From Eledone cirrhosa (taxonomy: Eukaryota), in assembly GCA_964016885.1 (NCBI GenBank), contig OZ024742.1, positions 314,278,001-314,342,000 on the forward strand: 64,000 nt of DNA, given 5' to 3'. Numbering within the stretch: position 1 is the first letter of the stretch; the number at the start of each line of letters is the position of its first letter. This document shows positions 58,244 through 64,000 of this stretch, piece by piece. Both the position numbers and the translations under genes were made by a program. A model generated the notes under the pieces. The model was not told the DNA's origin, did no database searches, and saw nothing but the letters and a program-made list of their open reading frames with translations.

Positions 58244-61200
58244 TCAGATATTCAGGACGTATCGGAGGGTTCTTGCTGTTCCAAGCAAGCATGCCTTTTG
58301 AAGCGTTCCAAAAAGCGTGAAGGGGCCGATTTTCTTTAACCATCCCTGGAAACTTTTGGAGATAGTCCCCAGTGCGCCTATGACAATCGGGATCAATTTG
58401 ACTTCATGGCAGTTCCAAATCCTTTTCACCTCCCACTTTAGGTCCTGGTATCGGTTAATTTTCTCCCTCTCCTTCTCTTGCACTCTCGTGTCGAACGGGC
58501 AGGCCACATCCACAATCAGGCACGATCTTTTTTCTTTGTCCACAACCACCAGGTCAGGTCTATTGTGTTCCAGTTTTTTGTCCGTCTGTATCCTAAAATC
58601 CCACAGCACCTTCACCTGATTGTTCTCCATCACCGCCTCTGGCCTATGCTCATACCATTTCTCAGAATGTGGTAAATTGTTTACTTTGCACAGGTGCCAG
58701 TGGATCACCCTGCCCATCACATCGTGTCTCCAGCCCTTATAGTGGGTCTGGGCTAGGTGTTTACACTCGGACACAATGTGAGCCACAGTCTCCTCTCTCT
58801 CTCCACAGATCCTGCACAGTGGGCTAGCCTCCTCCTTGTAAATATGGTGCTTCAACCACTTCGTTTTGAGGGCCTGCTCCTGCACAGCCATTAGCATTCC
58901 TTCTGTAGCCTTTTTGAGGTCTCCTCTTCTCAACCAGTTCCATGTCTGTGGATCTCTAAATTCAGTTTTCTCAAAGAAGGTACCATGAAGGGATTTTCCC
59001 TTAAGGCTGCTCTTCCTCCTTGATGTTATTTCCTCCTTGGACATCCCCTGGCCTACTGTCCCCTCCTTCAGTACAGTTCTGAGCATTGGCTCCTTACTAT
59101 AGGTCACGTATTTGTATAGGTTGTTTTTCTCCATCTGAACACAGTCCTCTATGCTGATAAGACCTCTTCCACCCTCAGATCTCCTTAGGTAGAGTCTATC
59201 GACATCACTCCTCTTGTGGAACATGTTGTAGATAGTCAATAGCTTCCTAGTCTTCCTATCCCTTTCTTTTTGTTCAGCAACATTCCATCTCAGAATTCCC
59301 GCACTGTACCTGATAATAGACACAGCTCGGGAATTTACTGCACTTATGGCATTTCTGCTGTTCAGATGTGACTTCAATACGCTCCTTACTCTCCGAATGT
59401 ATTCAGTTCTTAACAATTCCTTCATTTTTTTGTTCTTTATGCCATCAGCCTCCAGAACGCCCAAATACTTGTATCCTTCCTCAGAGTCAATTTCCTTTAT
59501 CATCTCACCTGTTGGTATATGGATCCCGTTACTTCTGCTCAACCTACCCCTCTTCATCACAATGACTCCACATTTATCAATACCAAACTGCATACATATA
59601 TCACTGCTGAAAATACGGACAGTGTCAACAAGCACATCCAACTCCTTCTCACTTTTCCCGAAGAGCTTAAGATCGTCCATGAAGAGGAGGTGATTGATGG
59701 TAAGCTCTCCCCTTCCCAACTTGTATCCTGCTCTCACTTTTCGCAGCATAATGGTCAAGGGCACCAGAGCAAGGACAAACAACAGAGGGGACAGGCTATC
59801 TCCCTGGAAGATACCTCTCTTGATCTTCACGCTTCCCAAGGATACTCCAGTTGATGTCAACTCTGTCTCCCAGGACCCCATACTCCTGCCTAGCAACTGT
59901 CTGATGTTATCTGCCACCCTGAAGATCTCCAGGCTTTTGGTGATCCAGGAATGAGGCACCATGTCAAATGCCTTTCTGTAGTCTATCCATCCCATGGCAA
60001 GATCAGTGTGTCTCCTCCTGCAATTCCCCATTACCATCTTATCAATAAGTAACTGGTCCTTTGTACCACGTGACTTCTTTCGGCATCCTTTCTGTTCGTC
60101 CGGTAACAAGTTGTTTGTGTGGAGGTGATGGTAGATTTCCTCAGACACAATGCTCGTCAACAGTTTCCACATTACGGACAGACATGTGATAGGTCTATAT
60201 TTGGTAACATCATTACCCTTGATTCGGTCTTTCATTATCAGAACTGTGGTACCTTTTGTCAACCACTCTGGCACCTCACCCGACACCAAGCAGTCATTGA
60301 ACATGGCCGTCAGCTTCGGGTGGAGGGATGTTAAATGTTTAATCCAATACCCCTGCACACCATCTGGGCCTGGTGATTTCCAGTTGGTTAGTTTTTTGGC
60401 CTGCCCCTTAAGAGTTTCAACTGTGATACTCAAATCAGTTTGTTGCTGTGCCTGCTCACCGATCTCCCTCTGTACTGTCTCAATCCACCCTGCCTGGGCA
60501 TTGTGTCTAACATCCTGCTCCCATATTCCTCTCCAGAATGTTTTAGTTTGTTCCGCCCCAGGGATCAAGTCGTTGCCTCTTTCTTTCCCCTCAAGCTGTC
60601 CAAACAGCATCTTCTGGTTGTTGTCGAACATGCGGTTCTGTTTATACTGACTGACTCTGTTCTCGTATCGTCTGATTTTTGCACTCTTTGCTACAATGCG
60701 TTGCTTCAATTCCTCTATGATAATATTTAGCTTTTTACTCCTAGTTTTGTATTTTATTTCCAGTCTATTTTTAGTGCCTATGTTTTTTAGTGTCCCATTC
60801 ATTAGTGACTCAAGCTTTCCTATGTCATTTCTCATTTCCCCGATTTGCCCACTCAGTCGCTTCTTCCACCACGGCTCTGCTCTTTCTTGTCTGTTGTTTC
60901 CTCTCGCTTTTATACCAAGTAGTTTCCTCACCGTATTTGCTGTTGCTTTGAGGATATTGTTGCACTGGTGAAGGTTCCTCGCCTCAAGGTATGGGATGAC
61001 TTTGTTTACCTTAGCTGTTGTCTCTTTTAACTTTTTCCTGTCTACAAATCTTAGGTTCATAGGTCTCCCACTATCATTGTTCAATTCATCTACCACTAAA
61101 TTTAGGATGTCAATCGAATCTTGTCCTAGTCCGTCAGCATTCATCTCCTCAGTGGCCGTATCTCTGTTCCAGGTATTATTTATCTCAGTATTCAGATCAT

Positions 61201-61636
61201 TGTCTGCTTCGGGTGGTTCCTCCGTTCTCAGGACCTCTTCACCTTCATTTCCCACTGGCTCGCTTGTCTGGCATACTACACCCGCCATCTCCAAGCCATT
61301 CTCTCTGCTCAGTTCCTCCAGTTCCAGCTCGCTTATCCACCCATTAGTTCTTATTACCCGAGCCTGCCCGGCCAATTTTTGTTCATCTAATTTAAATAAA
61401 CCAATCTCGTTCCAGATGTTATGCATCCGTCTCCTGTAGCCCCTCTCCTTGGGGTTACTTTTCAGGTAACATTGCATAACAGTTCTATTCAATTCTTTCG
61501 TCCAGTTGGTTCTGGCCCCTTTCCTTCTTCTTCTTCCTCCAACATCAGCAGTATTTGGTTGACAGTCAGGTTCCTGCTGCTGAGCCAGGGGGCACCTGTT
61601 GGGTGAGAGTCTGTCACATGACGTTCTAGTCTCCAT
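58244..61636 (-). CDS. RT + CCHC + restriction-like endonuclease polyprotein (R4/Dong clade), 1130 aa, intact
   Basis: WKSPGPDG, YRPITCL, EQKGCR, WIDYRKAFD, RGIFQGDSLSPLLF, HLLFMDDLKL, YKYLG; CRICGEREETVAHIVSEC; HNRPDLVV...IVDVACPFD...KEREKINRYQDL. Confidence 0.96.
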   Translation of the reverse strand: METRTSCDRLSPNRCPLAQQQEPDCQPNTADVGGRRRRKGARTNWTKELNRTVMQCYLKSNPKERGYRRRMHNIWNEIGLFKLDEQKLAGQARVIRTNGWISELELEELSRENGLEMAGVVCQTSEPVGNEGEEVLRTEEPPEADNDLNTEINNTWNRDTATEEMNADGLGQDSIDILNLVVDELNNDSGRPMNLRFVDRKKLKETTAKVNKVIPYLEARNLHQCNNILKATANTVRKLLGIKARGNNRQERAEPWWKKRLSGQIGEMRNDIGKLESLMNGTLKNIGTKNRLEIKYKTRSKKLNIIIEELKQRIVAKSAKIRRYENRVSQYKQNRMFDNNQKMLFGQLEGKERGNDLIPGAEQTKTFWRGIWEQDVRHNAQAGWIETVQREIGEQAQQQTDLSITVETLKGQAKKLTNWKSPGPDGVQGYWIKHLTSLHPKLTAMFNDCLVSGEVPEWLTKGTTVLIMKDRIKGNDVTKYRPITCLSVMWKLLTSIVSEEIYHHLHTNNLLPDEQKGCRKKSRGTKDQLLIDKMVMGNCRRRHTDLAMGWIDYRKAFDMVPHSWITKSLEIFRVADNIRQLLGRSMGSWETELTSTGVSLGSVKIKRGIFQGDSLSPLLFVLALVPLTIMLRKVRAGYKLGRGELTINHLLFMDDLKLFGKSEKELDVLVDTVRIFSSDICMQFGIDKCGVIVMKRGRLSRSNGIHIPTGEMIKEIDSEEGYKYLGVLEADGIKNKKMKELLRTEYIRRVRSVLKSHLNSRNAISAVNSRAVSIIRYSAGILRWNVAEQKERDRKTRKLLTIYNMFHKRSDVDRLYLRRSEGGRGLISIEDCVQMEKNNLYKYVTYSKEPMLRTVLKEGTVGQGMSKEEITSRRKSSLKGKSLHGTFFEKTEFRDPQTWNWLRRGDLKKATEGMLMAVQEQALKTKWLKHHIYKEEASPLCRICGEREETVAHIVSECKHLAQTHYKGWRHDVMGRVIHWHLCKVNNLPHSEKWYEHRPEAVMENNQVKVLWDFRIQTDKKLEHNRPDLVVVDKEKRSCLIVDVACPFDTRVQEKEREKINRYQDLKWEVKRIWNCHEVKLIPIVIGALGTISKSFQGWLKKIGPFTLFGTLQKACLLGTARTLRYVLNI

Positions 61637-62207
61637 TTCACCGTTATTCGAACTGTTTATGTTCGATATTTAAACACTCTTATCGAGGATTGGCGAATGT
61701 ATAGTTACATAGCCATCTGTGGATCCACCATCCCACTTGGCCCTTGTGTGGCTTTATCACCACGCTGTATACGAACACACATAAACAAACAAACACACGG
61801 GCAGAAAGGGCCCCAAAAATGAATAAGCATAAGTTTCATTGCAATGTAGTGTTCGAATGTCTGACTTAGTTTTTGTTTTTTAAGTTTTACTTTCCCCCCC
61901 TCTTCTCTGTCCGTCCGCCTGCTTCTCTCTTCATTCTTATTTTCTTTACGTTTTGGGGGTTTCTTTTTTGTTTTTGTTTTTCTCTGTTTGTTTTTCTCGT
62001 TTTTGCTGTTGTTGCTGTGCTGCTTTGGTTTTGTTGTTTGTTTTTTCTTTTTTTCTTTTGAGTCTATCTATATATTTTGATGCCTTCCTCTTTGTTAGTA
62101 GTAGGAATTCTATAATGTGGAAGTAGCAGCCAGCAGGGAGAAGTGGGAGACTGGCGGCGGTAGCGATACTGAGACAGTGGTGGTGGTGATGTCGATACCG
62201 AGGCAGT

Positions 62208-62372
62208 GGTGGCGGTGATGTGACCGTATTACTGTAGTGATGGTGCTGTAGCGGTGGCAGCAGTGAAGGAGTGAAGGGGTGGTGGTGGCGGTGATGTGAC
62301 CGTATTACTGTAGTGATGGTGCTGTAGCGGTGGCAGCAGTGAAGGAGTCAAGGGGTGGTGGCGGCGGTGATG
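62208..62372. repeat. 76-bp tandem repeat in the R4 5' UTR
   Basis: GGTGGCGGTGATGTGACCGTATTACTGTAG...GAAGGAG..AAGGGG repeated at 62208 and 62284, partial third copy. Confidence 0.8.
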
Positions 62373-62789
62373 GGATAGTGGTGGTAATGATGACCGTAGT
62401 GAGCGGTGGCGGTGAAGGTGAAAATGCCGTTATCTGGCTGTTGTGTTTAGTGTACACAGATGATGGGGTGGGTGGTGTATCTAGTTTCTGGTGTTGGTGA
62501 GTTTGGCTGTCCTATATAGTGTAGACAGAGGAGAGGAGGGGGGCGTTCTTCTTCCATTTATAGCCATTTTCTTTTTTGGATATACAGTGTACAATACAAA
62601 GTTGAATATTTGAATATTTGAGCCTTATAACAATATATTTTGGGTCCGAATTTTTTGGGGCTCAAGCCGGATGCTTTACGTAGCATTTGTACTAAGAGTT
62701 GTTATTTCACAAATGATTTAAATATGTTAAAAATTCAAAACTTACGGGAGCGATTTCATGACCTCCGTCACCTCGTGCGTCTTCTTCCC

Positions 62790-62845
<56 letters not shown>

Positions 62846-62849
62846 GTTG

Positions 62850-63218
62850 TTCTTTGAGTCTCACCCATTGATGTTATTTAACTGGAAAGTTTGTTGACAT
62901 GAATATCAAGCCGCTACCTGCAGCCTCAGATATTAGGGACGTATCGGAGGGTTCTTGCTGTTCCCAGCAAGCATGCCTTTCGAAGTATTCCAAAAAGCGG
63001 GGCTGGACTAATCTTCTTTAACCATCCTTGGAAACTTTTTGAGATAGTACCTAGTGCGCCTATGTCAATCGGGACGACGTTGATTTCATGGCAGTTCCAA
63101 ATCCTTTTTACCTCCCACTTTAAGTCCTGGTGTCGGTTAATTTTCTCCCTCTCCTTGTCTTGAACTCTCGTGTCAAATGGGCAGGCTAATTTCTTGTCCG
63201 TATGTATCCTAAAATCTC
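62850..63218 (-). mobile_element. Second R4/Dong copy, 3' fragment with internal deletion
   Basis: Diverged copy of 58168-58600 (3' UTR + REL C-terminus), ending in the shared (TTA)n tract. Confidence 0.9.
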
Positions 63219-63299
63219 ATCAGCAGTAGCTTTCACTGGAACTGTAGTAGCAGTAGTGAAAATTATAACGAAAAATTTCCTGGGTTACAGAAATCAAAC

Positions 63300-64000
63300 A
63301 CCACTACCACCCCAAGAACAACAATAACAACAGCAACAACCACAAAGAACCCAAAGAACAACAACTATAACAGCAGCAACGCAGAGGAAAAAGAAACAAA
63401 CAAAAACACCGGCGACGGCAACAAAGACAAAACTAGTGACGTGTCAACACAAATCAAAACAAACACATCTTTCGCGAAAGCAACCAACAAGTTTGAGCAA
63501 ATAAACATCACTAACGAAGAGATAAAACAAGCAAAGGTCTTGGTAAAAAAAACCGGACACAGAGTAAGTCTCACCTGCCCAGCTGAGATAATAAGAAACA
63601 AACTTTTGTGTTCGGTGAGTTATCGCACGATCGGATCAAAATCCAGGCGAGTTGAACGGGCAACGGATCACAGATCCAAAGAGCTATAGGTGCCGTCTGG
63701 GCACAGACTATATATAGAGCCCGGGGATCGAGATATGGCACTGTGGATGTGCTCTTCGCTACACCAGAGGAAGCCAGAGTACACTCCATTGCACCACTCC
63801 GCAGCGACGAAATCACAATGATGCTCACATATTGCGACCAGAGAGTCGTGAGGGTTCGAGTAGGCCAGGTTCCACCCTCAGTGGAGATGGCGCGTGGTTG
63901 ACAACAGCCGTCCTCGCTGACGTTGAAGATTCAACAACCATACTCAGCGTCATACAAATAAGACAGGAAAATTGGACAGGGTCGGGGATGGAGCTAATCA
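63300..64000 (+). pseudogene. Frameshifted ORF1/gag-like (RRM-type) region of a LINE, runs off the window
   Basis: Low-complexity N-terminus, SFAKAT, then RYGTVDVLFATPEEA...VVRVRVGQVPPSV, resembling L1/Tx1 ORF1 RRM patterns; frameshift near 63680 and stop near 63899. Confidence 0.45.

Larger units (their letters stand above)
58168..62790 (-). mobile_element. Full-length R4/Dong-clade non-LTR retrotransposon in a (TAA)n microsatellite
   Basis: ~1.15-kb 5' UTR, single ORF, short 3' UTR; (TTA)n tracts at 58130-58157 and 62790-62845 flank it. Confidence 0.9.

Noticed and set aside
58317-61606. Plus-strand ORFs overlapping the R4 ORF (similar cases inside the RTE and PLE)
   Set aside because: Antisense shadows of the real coding frame.

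Overview
AT-rich, microsatellite-dense animal genomic DNA. The tRNA-derived SINE family suggests an octopod cephalopod (inference). No host gene can be supported. The window is a nest of mobile elements: (i) an intact R4/Dong-type RT+restriction-like-endonuclease LINE (ORF 58244-61636, minus) inside a (TAA)n tract, with a second 3' fragment in tandem; (ii) a very young 5'-truncated Penelope-like element (PLE; RT+GIY-YIG) with an apparently perfect 1.4-kb inverted arm (14141-17941), plus three older PLE remnants; (iii) RTE-clade LINEs, one with a twin-priming-type inversion, CR1-, HERO- and CRE-like remnants, a Helitron relic, two MITE types and about 10 SINEs. The most striking signal is non-coding. 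About 14 sequence-unrelated families of short elements, mostly flanked by (TA)n, carry type I hammerhead ribozyme motifs (over 20 motif copies, read by eye). Most have a self-complementary stem III and a PLE-like tandem or fold-back architecture. Four unrelated families carry a U3-A8 compensatory core in place of C3-G8. This looks like a rich retrozyme / non-autonomous PLE system. All calls are from manual reading; no folding or database searches were run.
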